Source of the DNA: a bacterium
GTDB taxonomy: Bacteria; SAR324; NAC60-12
Direction of reading: 5' to 3'
Assembly: GCA_965233585.1 (NCBI GenBank)
Contig: CBDDTI010000745.1
Location: 480,001-544,000, forward strand
DNA length: 64,000 nt
In this document: positions 42,027-52,093 of the stretch, piece after piece
How the letters are laid out: each line of letters opens with the position of its first letter
How positions within the stretch are numbered: position 1 is the stretch's first letter
Made by a program: the position numbers and the translations under genes
The notes under the pieces: model-generated
Seen by the model: only the letters and a program-made list of their open reading frames with translations
What the model was told of the DNA's origin: nothing
Databases searched by the model: none

Positions 42027-42378
42027 TATGCAAAACTCTGTGAAAGAAATTGAGTATGTGCTTTGGGGAGTTGGAGGACTTGGGGTGTTGGCTTCAATTT
42101 GGCATAGTGTGAATTTTGCGACATCAGTTTTGTTAGGGGTTCTGGTGATTGCACTCAATTTTGCTTTGACAAAGAAGGCTGTGGTGAAGATTCTAGCTGG
42201 TGAAAGTCATGCTAAAAATAAAATGTTGTTCCTATACTTGCTTAAAATTGGAACGTCTGCTATCCTGATATATTTTGCTATTTTTAGCTTTGGAATATCA
42301 GCGATAGGGTTGTTGCTGGGTCTTTCAAGTCTTTTTGTTGCTATTGTTTTTCACACAGCCAAACGTATTTTATTTTGA
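42013..42378 (+). CDS. atpI: ATP synthase protein I
   Basis: Four TM segments, located upstream of atpB. Confidence 0.75.
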   Translation: MNQVSMQNSVKEIEYVLWGVGGLGVLASIWHSVNFATSVLLGVLVIALNFALTKKAVVKILAGESHAKNKMLFLYLLKIGTSAILIYFAIFSFGISAIGLLLGLSSLFVAIVFHTAKRILF

Positions 42379-42384
42379 ATAACT

Positions 42385-43158
42385 ATGAAAGGTAGGGTTA
42401 TTTTTTTAGTATTTTCTATACTGATTCCATTTTCTGCATTTGCTGCGGGAGGATTGACTTGGTCTGGTCTCCTCTTAGGATTTTTAGAGCAACCACTTGC
42501 ACGGATGGGAGTTGATCCCTTGCCTATTTTAGATATGCTATTGGTTTGTGCATTACTGATTATTTTTGCTTATATTGTGGGAAAGCCTTTTCGTCGGGCA
42601 GTTGTTGAACCCTCTGGAAAATTGGATCGCAATTATGTTGTGGAGTTTGTGATAGGTGGCATTGACCGATTCTTGTCTGGAATTATTAGACATGGTCAGG
42701 GAAGTCGCCCTGTTTTTGCTTTGCTTGCAACTTACGCATTCTTCATTTTGTCCCTGAATTTATCAGGGTTGGTTCCCGGATTTAATCCCCCGACAGATCA
42801 GTTTAATGTCACAATCACACTGGGCGTTGTTGTCTTTGTGGTGACCCATTATATGGGGTTTAAAACTCATGGTGCTGGCTATATAAAACAGTTTTTGGGA
42901 CCCTATTTGCCTTTAGCGTGGCTGATGTTCCCAATAGAATTGATTAGTCATTGCGTTCGTCCTCTTTCTCTTGCGATTCGTTTGTTTGGAAATATGACAG
43001 GCGATCACAAAGTAGTTGTGGTGTTTACATCAATCTTTGCAGTAGCTTTGCCTGTTCCCTTTATGGGTCTGGGTGTTCTGGTTTCTGTATTGCAAGCATT
43101 CGTGTTTGTTTTGTTGTCTGCAATTTACTTTGAATCAGCGGTTAGTGAGCCTCACTAA
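42385..43158 (+). CDS. atpB: ATP synthase F0 subunit a
   Basis: NLSGLVPG, PIELISH..RPLSLAIRLFGNM..DH, LQAFVF. Confidence 0.96.
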   Translation: MKGRVIFLVFSILIPFSAFAAGGLTWSGLLLGFLEQPLARMGVDPLPILDMLLVCALLIIFAYIVGKPFRRAVVEPSGKLDRNYVVEFVIGGIDRFLSGIIRHGQGSRPVFALLATYAFFILSLNLSGLVPGFNPPTDQFNVTITLGVVVFVVTHYMGFKTHGAGYIKQFLGPYLPLAWLMFPIELISHCVRPLSLAIRLFGNMTGDHKVVVVFTSIFAVALPVPFMGLGVLVSVLQAFVFVLLSAIYFESAVSEPH

Positions 43159-43204
43159 TCGCCATTTTGTTAACTTTAATTTAGATTAAATAAATAGGTT
43201 TCTT

Positions 43205-43510
43205 ATGAAAAAAAGTTTGGTTACTTTGCTCTTCACTATTGCTTCTGCTCCCCTTTATGCGACACAGCAGTTATATGGAGAGTTGGGAGTGTTTGGAATT
43301 GCACTTGGTGCGGGATTAGCTATTTCTGTTGCTGCGTTAGGTGGTGGAATTGGTCAAGGGATTGCGGTGAGTTCTGCGTTAGAAGGAATTGCACGAAATC
43401 CAAATGCTTCTGATAAAATCTTTACTCCAATGATTGTTGGTTTAGCGTTGATTGAGTCTTTAGTCATCTATGGACTTGTGATTGCATTCATTTTGCAGGC
43501 TAAAATCTAG
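43205..43510 (+). CDS. atpE: ATP synthase F0 subunit c
   Basis: GGGIGQG, ARNP loop, [10 protein letters not shown]. Confidence 0.97.
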   Translation: MKKSLVTLLFTIASAPLYATQQLYGELGVFGIALGAGLAISVAALGGGIGQGIAVSSALEGIARNPNASDKIFTPMIVGLALIESLVIYGLVIAFILQAKI

Positions 43511-43518
43511 CATGATTT

Positions 43519-43544
43519 TTTGCGTCAATTTATGTTGACGCAAA
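43519..43544 (+). terminator. Stem-loop after atpE
   Basis: TTTGCGTCAA-tttatg-TTGACGCAAA, perfect 10-bp stem. Confidence 0.55.
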
Positions 43545-43579
43545 CCCTGTGTTGTCTTTCTAATTTCCTTCGCCTGTCT

Positions 43580-44803
43580 ATGTGGGACTTTTCTCCTCCT
43601 AGTCTTTCCGACTTATCTGACAGAGACGTCTCGTTATCTTCCGATAGTTTAAAGTTTAAAAAATTGGCAGTTCTGATGACCGCAAGTATTGCAGCATACA
43701 GAATGGTTGATTTTGTAAGGGAATTGAGAAGGCAAGGTGCTGACGTTTGGGTATTTGCAACACATGAAGCACTGGAATATGTGTCAAAAAGGTCTCTTGA
43801 GTGGGCATCTTTGCATCAAGTGATAGATTCATTTTCTGCAGAGTCTCCTCATTTGTCCTATGATTTTGATTTGTATCTTGTCATTCCAGCGACATACAAT
43901 ACTCTCAATAAAATGGCGAATGGTGTTGCAGACAATGTGGTGTTAACACTGTTTGCATCGGCATTGGGAAAACTAGAAAAGCAGAAAAGCCAAATAATGG
44001 TTGCTCCTGCCATGCACGGAACGATGCACAACTCCATTTTGACTCAATCATTACAAAAATTGGCTAGTCTTGGTGTTGAAGTTTTGAAACCAAGACAAGA
44101 AAATGGAAAAAACAATTTACCTGCTTTTGAAGTGATTATCGCTGAAGCAATTAGGCTTTTGACTCCTCAAAAATTTGCAGAGAAGACAATTTTGATCACG
44201 GGAGGAGCCACTCCCGTTTGCCTTGATAGCATTAGAAGAGTGACAAATTGCTTTACAGGTCGTCTTGCCATTGAGATTGCCAAAGAGTCCTACTTTCAAG
44301 GAGCAAAAGTTATTTTACTTCTTGGGGAAGGTTCTGATAGTCCACCTTCCTACTTGGAATACGAACAAATCTCTTCCTATGAAGAATATGACAGGGTCGT
44401 TTTTGAAAAGTTATCTTCCCAAAATGTAGATATAGGCATTTTTTCAGCTTCTGTGGCAGATTATCAACCAAAAGAAAAATTTGAAGGAAAGATGCCAAGT
44501 GGTCGGGAGTGGACGATTCAAATGACTCCTTTGCCAAAAGTGATTGCAAAAGTTTGTCAAAAGTTTTCATCACTGAAAATGGTCGCTTTCAAGTATGAAG
44601 AGTCGGCTGATTTTGTTGAATTGGAGATGAAAGCAAAAGAGTATTTGAAAAAGGGGTATTCTTATCTTGTGGCAAATTCTGGACAGGAGTGTCAAAGGCA
44701 AGGTCAGCAAGTCGCCTATATTTTCAATGAGACTTTTCCTCATGTCAAGGCAGTAGGAAAGTCTGAAATTGCAAAAACTCTTTTAAAAGTTTTGTCAGTT
44801 TGA
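43580..44803 (+). CDS. coaBC: Phosphopantothenoylcysteine decarboxylase/ligase
   Basis: TASIAAY, PATYNTLNKMANGVADN, PAMH, ITGGAT...D.IR..TN..TG, ASVADY, VAFKYE. Confidence 0.9.
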   Translation: MWDFSPPSLSDLSDRDVSLSSDSLKFKKLAVLMTASIAAYRMVDFVRELRRQGADVWVFATHEALEYVSKRSLEWASLHQVIDSFSAESPHLSYDFDLYLVIPATYNTLNKMANGVADNVVLTLFASALGKLEKQKSQIMVAPAMHGTMHNSILTQSLQKLASLGVEVLKPRQENGKNNLPAFEVIIAEAIRLLTPQKFAEKTILITGGATPVCLDSIRRVTNCFTGRLAIEIAKESYFQGAKVILLLGEGSDSPPSYLEYEQISSYEEYDRVVFEKLSSQNVDIGIFSASVADYQPKEKFEGKMPSGREWTIQMTPLPKVIAKVCQKFSSLKMVAFKYEESADFVELEMKAKEYLKKGYSYLVANSGQECQRQGQQVAYIFNETFPHVKAVGKSEIAKTLLKVLSV

Positions 44804-44902
44804 AAAATATTGCAATTTTTTATCTAAAAAATGTTAGACTCAATGAGTTTAATGACAGAGTTCGTTGTCACAATCAATCCTAACTTAATTTATGAGGAAT
44901 AG

Positions 44903-45532
44903 ATGATAAAAACAATCGTAGCAGTTTTGTTGATTTGCTTGCCGATAGGTGTGGCTTTTTCTGATGAAATGGAAAAGAGAGGAAAATTGTTGTTTGAGAA
45001 TTGCGTAGCATGTCATGGAGATAATGGAGCTGGTAAGAAAACATTTGGTGCCCCGAACATTACGGGACAAGAAGAATGGTACCTTGAAAGACAGCTAACG
45101 CACTTTAAAAAAGGGATTAGAGGAACTCATGTTGAAGATATTTATGGGGCACAAATGCTACCCATCACGTCAGTTCTCAAAGGTGAGTCGGACATTAAGG
45201 CGGTTGCAAAATATGTTGCTTCTTTGCCCGTTTATTCTCATCAAGATCTCATCAAAGGCAATCCTGAAGCTGGTAAACAAAGCTATGCCCTCTGTGCGTC
45301 TTGCCATGGTGATAAAGCTCAAGGAAATAAGTTGTTGAATGCTCCTCAATTAGCCAATCTTCAAACTTGGTACACAGTCAGGCAACTTAAAAACTTTAAA
45401 AAAGGAAAGAGAGGAGGAAGCCTCAACGATATATATGGTTTGCAAATGCGTCCTATGGCAATGACATTACAAGATGAGCAAGCAATGCAAAACATTGCTG
45501 CATATATCGCAACTCTTAAACCTTCCAAATAA
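44903..45532 (+). CDS. Periplasmic diheme cytochrome c (c4/c553-like)
   Basis: Signal peptide, CVACH and CASCH, internally duplicated domain with QM distal ligand. Confidence 0.92.
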   Translation: MIKTIVAVLLICLPIGVAFSDEMEKRGKLLFENCVACHGDNGAGKKTFGAPNITGQEEWYLERQLTHFKKGIRGTHVEDIYGAQMLPITSVLKGESDIKAVAKYVASLPVYSHQDLIKGNPEAGKQSYALCASCHGDKAQGNKLLNAPQLANLQTWYTVRQLKNFKKGKRGGSLNDIYGLQMRPMAMTLQDEQAMQNIAAYIATLKPSK

Positions 45533-45537
45533 AAATA

Positions 45538-45561
45538 GGGTTACACCATCGTGTAACCTTT
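45538..45561. terminator. Hairpin between convergent genes
   Basis: GGTTACAC-catc-GTGTAACC. Confidence 0.55.
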
Positions 45562-45582
45562 CCCACTTTTCTAACCAATCTT

Positions 45583-47076
45583 CTAAACATAGACTCTTTG
45601 AATAGTTTTTTTGAACTCCTGCGAAGATTGCATAAAATCTTGCTTCGTTGGTGAATAGAATTTAGAAAGATGGTGAATCAGAGAAAGGATTGCATCATCT
45701 ATCAGTTGACTTTTTACGTCAGAGTCTAAATGAAATTCTTTGACATGTAATGTTAAATGTATCTGAAAAATATTTTTTGTATAAGTGATTTCATAATAAT
45801 CGTGTTGAGCAGGTGAATGAAACTCTGATTTTATAGTATTTTGATCTTTAATGCGGTAGGACACGACTTTCATTTGCTTTGCCCAAAATTTAAAACTCTT
45901 CAAAAGATCGTCAATAGATTCATCTTTTTCAAAAAAAATGTCTATGTTTTCTGTTAAAGTGTGAACGAAGGTTCTATTCTTTTTTAGAGAAGTTTTGTTT
46001 TTGATGATTTGCAAGGGTTTTCTGATTTCGTCATATTCCAAATAAACCAAAATAGCGTAGGCAAAAAGCAATGATATAAGCATCATAAATAAATATAAAT
46101 TAGGAAAATAAGTTCCAATCAGAGCTATACTTCCAAAACCGATTGCAAAGCTGTAAAGTTTGATAACAGCTCTACTAGTTGTGTTGCCTTTAGCAGTCAG
46201 TCTGTGGTGCAAATGATTTTTGTCTGCTGAATAAAAAGGAACCCCTTGTAAATACCTCCTGATAAATGCGAAAGCAGTGTCAAGAAGAGGTAAACCTAGA
46301 ATGACTGCTGTGAGTAAACTAAAAGGATAAAAATTCCCCTTAACATTGTTTAAAAGAGGTAAAATAGCCAAACAATACCCCAAAAAAAGACTCCCCGTGT
46401 CCCCCATGAAAATAGTTGCTTTAGGACGATTGAAAAGTAAAAATCCTGAATAAACCCCTATTAAAATTCCAGAAACAGATATAATTGTGAAGTAGCTTTT
46501 TAAAACTCCAACTATTGTTAAAAAAATAAGAGCAATAATCCCAACTCCTGCTGCTAATCCGTCCAGTCCATCAATTAAATTGACAGCGTTAATACAAGCG
46601 ACAATCCAAAAAAGAGTGAAAAGAAGAGACAAGTTGCCAAGTGGATAAAGACCGTAAACAGGTAGGTCAATAGAATGAATCCCATAACCAAAAAAAAGAT
46701 ATGGAAATGTGCAAATGATTTGACCTATAAATTTATATCTTGCTCTAATGTTAAATAAATCATCAATGAAACCGATGCAAGCTATTCCAGCACCTCCAAT
46801 CAGAAAAGGAATTAAGACATTGCCTACTCCAAATAAGGGATTTTGACTCGCAAAATTTGTTTTTTCTATTAGAAATCTTGATAAAAATAAAGTGCAAAAA
46901 AATGACAAAACGATGCAAATCCCTCCCATTTCTGAAACTTTTTCTGTTGCTAGCCTTCTGATTGAAAGGTGCTTCTTATTTTGTAAAATAAGATTTATTT
47001 TTGAATAAAAAATAATGACAATGGAAATGGAGCAGGTGATAAATCCAACGACAAGATTGAAAAAAAAAGTATTCAT
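45583..47076 (-). CDS. WecA/TagO-like undecaprenyl-phosphate sugar-1-P transferase (MraY family) with C-terminal extension
   Basis: GFIDD, NAVNLIDGLDGLA, FMGDTGS, ADKNHLHHRL. Confidence 0.92.
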   Translation of the reverse strand: MNTFFFNLVVGFITCSISIVIIFYSKINLILQNKKHLSIRRLATEKVSEMGGICIVLSFFCTLFLSRFLIEKTNFASQNPLFGVGNVLIPFLIGGAGIACIGFIDDLFNIRARYKFIGQIICTFPYLFFGYGIHSIDLPVYGLYPLGNLSLLFTLFWIVACINAVNLIDGLDGLAAGVGIIALIFLTIVGVLKSYFTIISVSGILIGVYSGFLLFNRPKATIFMGDTGSLFLGYCLAILPLLNNVKGNFYPFSLLTAVILGLPLLDTAFAFIRRYLQGVPFYSADKNHLHHRLTAKGNTTSRAVIKLYSFAIGFGSIALIGTYFPNLYLFMMLISLLFAYAILVYLEYDEIRKPLQIIKNKTSLKKNRTFVHTLTENIDIFFEKDESIDDLLKSFKFWAKQMKVVSYRIKDQNTIKSEFHSPAQHDYYEITYTKNIFQIHLTLHVKEFHLDSDVKSQLIDDAILSLIHHLSKFYSPTKQDFMQSSQEFKKTIQRVYV

Positions 47077-47200
47077 AAAAGCTCAAATCAATCAATTTAA
47101 AAACACGCTATTTTACCTATTTCTTAATAAATATGGTATAAGTATGCGGAGACGCTTCATTTGAAAAATAAAAGATTATCATTAGAAACAATTTTTATGG

Positions 47201-49006
47201 ATGGAAAAGAATAGTCAGAACATCAGAAATTTTTCAATCATTGCTCATATAGATCATGGAAAATCTACCCTTGCAGACCGCTTAATTGAATATGTTGGTG
47301 CAATCAACCAAAGGGAAACACAAGATCAGTTGTTGGACAATATGGACATTGAAAGGGAAAGAGGAATTACCATTAAGTCGCAAACGGTACGTTTGAATTA
47401 TCTAGCACAAGATGGAAAGCGATATGCACTCAATTTAATTGACACACCCGGTCATGTGGATTTTACTTATGAAGTGTCTCGTTCTTTGGCTTCATGTGAA
47501 GGGGCTTTGCTCATTGTTGATGCCTCTCAAGGTGTAGAGGCTCAAACTGTTGCTAATGTTTACATCGCATTGGAAAATGATTTGGAAATTATACCTGTTC
47601 TGAATAAAATTGATTTGCCAACAGCTGATATAGACAGAGTTTCAGAGGAAATAGAAACGATTATTGGACTAGACACAACCGATGTCATTTGCACTAGTGC
47701 AAAAACAGGAGAGGGCATTGAAAACATACTAGAAAGCGTTGTACATTTGATTCCTCCACCATCGGGAACTCCAGACCAGCCTTTGAGAGCTTTAATTTTT
47801 GACTCGTGGTTTGACTCTTACATGGGCGTGATGATGACTATTCGCATTGTAGATGGCACATTGTCTGTGGGGGATAAAATTAGACTTTTAGCAACGGGTA
47901 AGGACTATGAAGTGACCCAGCTAGGTATGTTCACTCCTTTCAAAGAAGTGTGTGAGACGTTAAACACCGGTGAGGTTGGTTTCGTTTGTGCCTCCATCAA
48001 GACCATTGGTCACATAAAAATTGGGGACACTATCACTTTGGTTGACAATCCTGCAACCGAACAGCTTCCGGGATACACAGAAGCTAAACCAATGGTTTTC
48101 AGTGGCATTTATCCCGTCAATGGTGACCAATATGACCAACTTAAAGTCGCTTTGAACAAGTTGGGGCTTAACGACTCTTCTTTTACTTATGAACCTGAAA
48201 CATCTCTTGCTTTAGGCTTTGGTTTTAGGTGTGGTTTTTTGGGATTGTTACACATGGAAATTGTGCAAGAAAGACTTGAGAGAGAATATCAGCTCAATTT
48301 AATCATCACTTCTCCCACTGTTGCCTATCGTGTTAATCTCAATTCTGGCAAGTCTATCATGGTAGATAATCCTTCACAGCTTCCTCCTCAAATGGAAATA
48401 GAATCTATTGATGAACCCTATGTGCGTGGGAAAATCTTAACCCCTCAGGAATTTGTAGGTTCATTGATGACGCTTTGCCAAAGTAAAAGAGGAGTCCAAG
48501 TGAGCATGGAGTATCCTTCTACCAACAGAGTGATGTTGGTCTATGATTTTCCTCTCAATGAAATTGTGATCAGCTTTTACGATCGTTTAAAGTCTATCTC
48601 ACGGGGTTATGCGTCATTTGACTATGAGTTGATTGACTATCAAAAAGGCAATTTAGTCAAGCTAGACATGCTCCTCAACGGAAGCTCTGTTGATGCACTT
48701 TCTTTGATTGTTCCAAAGGAAAATGCTTATGAACGAGGAAGAGACCTTGCGGCAAAAATCAAAAAGCTCATTCCAAGACAGATGTATGAAGTGGCAATCC
48801 AAGCCTCCATCGGTTCAAAGGTGATTGCAAGAGAAACACTTTCTGCTATGAGAAAAAATGTAACAGCCAAGTGCTACGGGGGCGACATTAGCCGAAAGCG
48901 GAAGCTTTTAGAAAGACAAAAAGAAGGAAAAAAACGTATGAAGCAACTGGGTTCTGTGGAAGTGCCTCAAGAGGCGTTCATGGCAGCATTGAAACTTGAT
49001 GACTGA
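47201..49006 (+). CDS. lepA: Elongation factor 4
   Basis: [50 protein letters not shown]. Confidence 0.99.
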   Translation: MEKNSQNIRNFSIIAHIDHGKSTLADRLIEYVGAINQRETQDQLLDNMDIERERGITIKSQTVRLNYLAQDGKRYALNLIDTPGHVDFTYEVSRSLASCEGALLIVDASQGVEAQTVANVYIALENDLEIIPVLNKIDLPTADIDRVSEEIETIIGLDTTDVICTSAKTGEGIENILESVVHLIPPPSGTPDQPLRALIFDSWFDSYMGVMMTIRIVDGTLSVGDKIRLLATGKDYEVTQLGMFTPFKEVCETLNTGEVGFVCASIKTIGHIKIGDTITLVDNPATEQLPGYTEAKPMVFSGIYPVNGDQYDQLKVALNKLGLNDSSFTYEPETSLALGFGFRCGFLGLLHMEIVQERLEREYQLNLIITSPTVAYRVNLNSGKSIMVDNPSQLPPQMEIESIDEPYVRGKILTPQEFVGSLMTLCQSKRGVQVSMEYPSTNRVMLVYDFPLNEIVISFYDRLKSISRGYASFDYELIDYQKGNLVKLDMLLNGSSVDALSLIVPKENAYERGRDLAAKIKKLIPRQMYEVAIQASIGSKVIARETLSAMRKNVTAKCYGGDISRKRKLLERQKEGKKRMKQLGSVEVPQEAFMAALKLDD

Positions 49007-49503
49007 TGTTGAATGTCTTTCGCTACATGATTTCGTTTGCTGGCACAACAACGGTTACTTTAGCAATCCTTTCATCAGACTTACGAGACCCAACATGGTT
49101 TCACCAGATTGTACCAACTGAAAAGGTTCAAAATTGGTTAGGAATTTTTGGTGCATTATTGGGAGGAACGTTGGTAGAATTGTTTGGCGTTTTAGCGTTT
49201 TGGTTTTGCATAGCATTTTTCGTCATGATCACACCTACGAAAAAGTCTTCTCATCGTCAAGGGAAAATGATTTTCTGGAGTGCTATTTTTTTATGGGCTT
49301 TGTCTGCTCTTCAAAATGTCTTTCCTTTGGATGGTGTGTCCTTTTCTTTGATTCTTCAACATAGCAGTCGTTTTGGATATATCAGTTTTGAGGGATTATC
49401 TGGCATCATTGGTTGGAATTTTGCCTCTGTGATGATTGGAACAGTTTGTTTCATTTCTTTGTATAAATGTTTAAGCCTTTTTTTAGTAAAAAATGATGGA
49501 TAG
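49006..49503 (+). CDS. Stand-alone FtsK 4TM-like membrane protein
   Basis: DPTW...VQNWLGIFGALLGGTLVELFG pattern of the FtsK N-domain; no motor domain. Confidence 0.6.
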   Translation: MLNVFRYMISFAGTTTVTLAILSSDLRDPTWFHQIVPTEKVQNWLGIFGALLGGTLVELFGVLAFWFCIAFFVMITPTKKSSHRQGKMIFWSAIFLWALSALQNVFPLDGVSFSLILQHSSRFGYISFEGLSGIIGWNFASVMIGTVCFISLYKCLSLFLVKNDG

Positions 49504-49798
49504 TATTGATGAAGCGGTTTTAGATAAGCCAAAAATAAAAATCACTACCCCCCCTATGTATCGTGTTTTGATACATAATGACGACGTAACAACGATGGAG
49601 TTTGTCGTCCACCTTTTGCAAGAAATCTTTTATAAAGATGAAAGTGAAGCGACTCGTATTATGATGCAAACTCATCACGACGGAATTGGAGAGTGTGGCG
49701 TTTTTGATTTTGAAATTGCTGAAACAAAAGTTGATGAAACACAAACTATGGCAAGAATGTTCGGGTTTCCTCTAAAATCTTCTATGGAAGAGGTGTAA
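49493..49798 (+). CDS. clpS: Clp protease adaptor
   Basis: PPMYRVLIHNDDVTTMEFVV, EIAETKV, FPL. Confidence 0.96.
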   Translation: MMDSIDEAVLDKPKIKITTPPMYRVLIHNDDVTTMEFVVHLLQEIFYKDESEATRIMMQTHHDGIGECGVFDFEIAETKVDETQTMARMFGFPLKSSMEEV

Positions 49799-52093
49799 AT
49801 GTTTACAAAAGACGCAAACCAATGTATCGCCATGGCAAAAAATGAAGCTACCATTAGAGGACATGAACATTTGAGGATTGAGCATTTGCTTTATAGTATT
49901 TTGTTATCAGAAAAGGGGCGTAGAATTATAGAAAGGTGTGGTGGTGATACGGCATCTATTCAAGGTAATTTAGAAGCATTTTTTGAGCAAGAACGGAAAA
50001 GATCTGATGTGAGAAGTGAGATTCAATTGACAATGGCATTACAAAGGATCTTGAATCTTTCTAATCTTTCTATGGTGCAACCAGATGGTCAGACTAAAAA
50101 TGCAGACCTAGAAGATTTACTAGTCTCAATCCACAGGGAGGCAAACACCCACGCTTCCCACTGTCTGACACAAGGTGGAGTTTCAAGAACTAATCTACTC
50201 AATTATATTCAGGATAAACAGCGTATCAGTCTCAATAAAGGAGACTTGCAAACTGCAGAAAGTCCGCTTCTAAAAAGAGTTCACCTTGCACAAGAGGCTT
50301 TTTCTGATCCAGATGACGAACTTAATCAACAGGAAAAATCACAAAAAGAATTCCTGAGCTTGTACACTGTCAATCTTTCACAACTTGCCAAAGAGTCTAA
50401 ACTAGACGCCCTTATTGGTAGGAAATTAGAGTTGGAACACATGATTCATATTCTGTGTAGACGTAGAAAAAACAATCCTATTTTGGTAGGAGAGCCTGGC
50501 GTTGGAAAAACAGCACTTGCAGAGGGTATTGCCTTGAAAATTCACGAAAAATCTGTTCCTAAAATTTTAGAAAACTGTGAGGTCTTTTCTTTGGATGTTG
50601 CTTCGTTGATAGCTGGTACAAAATACAGAGGGGAATTTGAACAACGTATGAAGCAGATTATGAATGCCTTAGAAAGTAGAAAAAATATTATTTTGATGAT
50701 TGATGAAATTCATAGCATTGTAGGGGCTGGGACAGCGACAAATGGTGTCTTAGATATTGCAAGTTTTTTAAAACCTAATCTTGCAAGAGGTGGTTTGCGT
50801 TGCATTGGGGCTACAACTTACTCAGAATATAAAGTTTTTTCAAAAGACAAAGCACTTTCAAGGAGATTCCAAAAAATAGACATCAATGAACCTTCTTTTG
50901 ATGAAACCATTGAAATTTTGAGTGGTGTGAAAGCTGAATATGAGTCTTTTCACAAAGTCAAGTATTCTCAAAAAATTTTGCAAAATATTGTTGAGTTTTC
51001 CAACAGGTATCTCAATGACCGCTTTCTTCCAGACAAGGCAATTGATGTCCTTGATGAATCAGGTGCTTTTGCACAAATTCAATTAGGTCAAGATCAAGAC
51101 GTTGTTGATGTTGAAGAAAAGCATGTCCTTGATGTCATTTCAAAAGCAGCAAATATTGAGGTGAACACCAAGACGACAAAAAATGACTTTCTAATGAATT
51201 TAGAAGCTGATTTGAAACAGCGGATTTTTGGTCAAGATGAAAGTATTGAGGTTTTAGTAACGTCAATCAAACGTTCAAAGGCAGGTTTAGGAGAACAACG
51301 AAAACCGATAGGCTGCTTTCTGATGGCAGGACCAACAGGTGTTGGCAAAACAGAATTAGCAAAACAGTTAGCGTCTTTATTAAATATTAGATTCCAGAGA
51401 TTTGATATGAGTGAGTATATGGAAAAACACTCGGTCTCTAGGCTCATTGGTTCGCCCCCGGGCTACGTTGGCTTTGAGCAAGGAGGTCTGCTTGTTGATG
51501 GTGTGCGCAAATTCCCCAACTGTGTCTTGTTACTTGATGAAATTGAAAAAGCACACCCTGATATTTTTAATATTTTGTTGCAGGTTATGGATCATGCCTC
51601 TTTGACTGACCATAACGGCACGGTTGCCGATTTTAGTAATGTCATTCTTTTGATGACTTCCAATGTTGGTGCAACAGAGATGAGTTCTACCCAAATTGGT
51701 TTTGGCAAAAATACTATGAAGTCTCCCAAACACGCGCTAGAAAAAGGATTTACGCCAGAGTTTAGAAACAGATTGGATAAAGTTTTATATTTTAATCCAC
51801 TCTCTCAAGAGTTGATTTTGAAAGTTGTTGATAAATTTATTAACCAGCTTAGAAATAAATTGCAGGAGAAATTAATTGTTTTAGAGTTAACAACTGAAGT
51901 CAAAGAATGGATTGCAAAAGAAGGATACAGTCCAGAATTTGGAGCACGTCCTATTCAAAGATTGATCCAAGAACATATTGAATCAGTTTTGGCAGATGAA
52001 GTCCTTTTTGGCAATCTAGCAGATGGTGGACATGTGCAAGTGAGTTTGCACAATGATGAACTTTCTTTTCATTATCAAGAAACAAGATTGTGA
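49799..52093 (+). CDS. clpA: Clp protease ATP-binding subunit
   Basis: Two AAA+ modules (GEPGVGKT, GPTGVGKT), RFDMSEYMEKH, no ClpB middle domain, follows clpS. Confidence 0.95.
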   Translation: MFTKDANQCIAMAKNEATIRGHEHLRIEHLLYSILLSEKGRRIIERCGGDTASIQGNLEAFFEQERKRSDVRSEIQLTMALQRILNLSNLSMVQPDGQTKNADLEDLLVSIHREANTHASHCLTQGGVSRTNLLNYIQDKQRISLNKGDLQTAESPLLKRVHLAQEAFSDPDDELNQQEKSQKEFLSLYTVNLSQLAKESKLDALIGRKLELEHMIHILCRRRKNNPILVGEPGVGKTALAEGIALKIHEKSVPKILENCEVFSLDVASLIAGTKYRGEFEQRMKQIMNALESRKNIILMIDEIHSIVGAGTATNGVLDIASFLKPNLARGGLRCIGATTYSEYKVFSKDKALSRRFQKIDINEPSFDETIEILSGVKAEYESFHKVKYSQKILQNIVEFSNRYLNDRFLPDKAIDVLDESGAFAQIQLGQDQDVVDVEEKHVLDVISKAANIEVNTKTTKNDFLMNLEADLKQRIFGQDESIEVLVTSIKRSKAGLGEQRKPIGCFLMAGPTGVGKTELAKQLASLLNIRFQRFDMSEYMEKHSVSRLIGSPPGYVGFEQGGLLVDGVRKFPNCVLLLDEIEKAHPDIFNILLQVMDHASLTDHNGTVADFSNVILLMTSNVGATEMSSTQIGFGKNTMKSPKHALEKGFTPEFRNRLDKVLYFNPLSQELILKVVDKFINQLRNKLQEKLIVLELTTEVKEWIAKEGYSPEFGARPIQRLIQEHIESVLADEVLFGNLADGGHVQVSLHNDELSFHYQETRL

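Noticed and set aside
41799..43510. Incomplete ATP synthase operon as gene loss
   Set aside because: Separation of atpIBE from atpFHAGDC is a known arrangement in delta-like lineages
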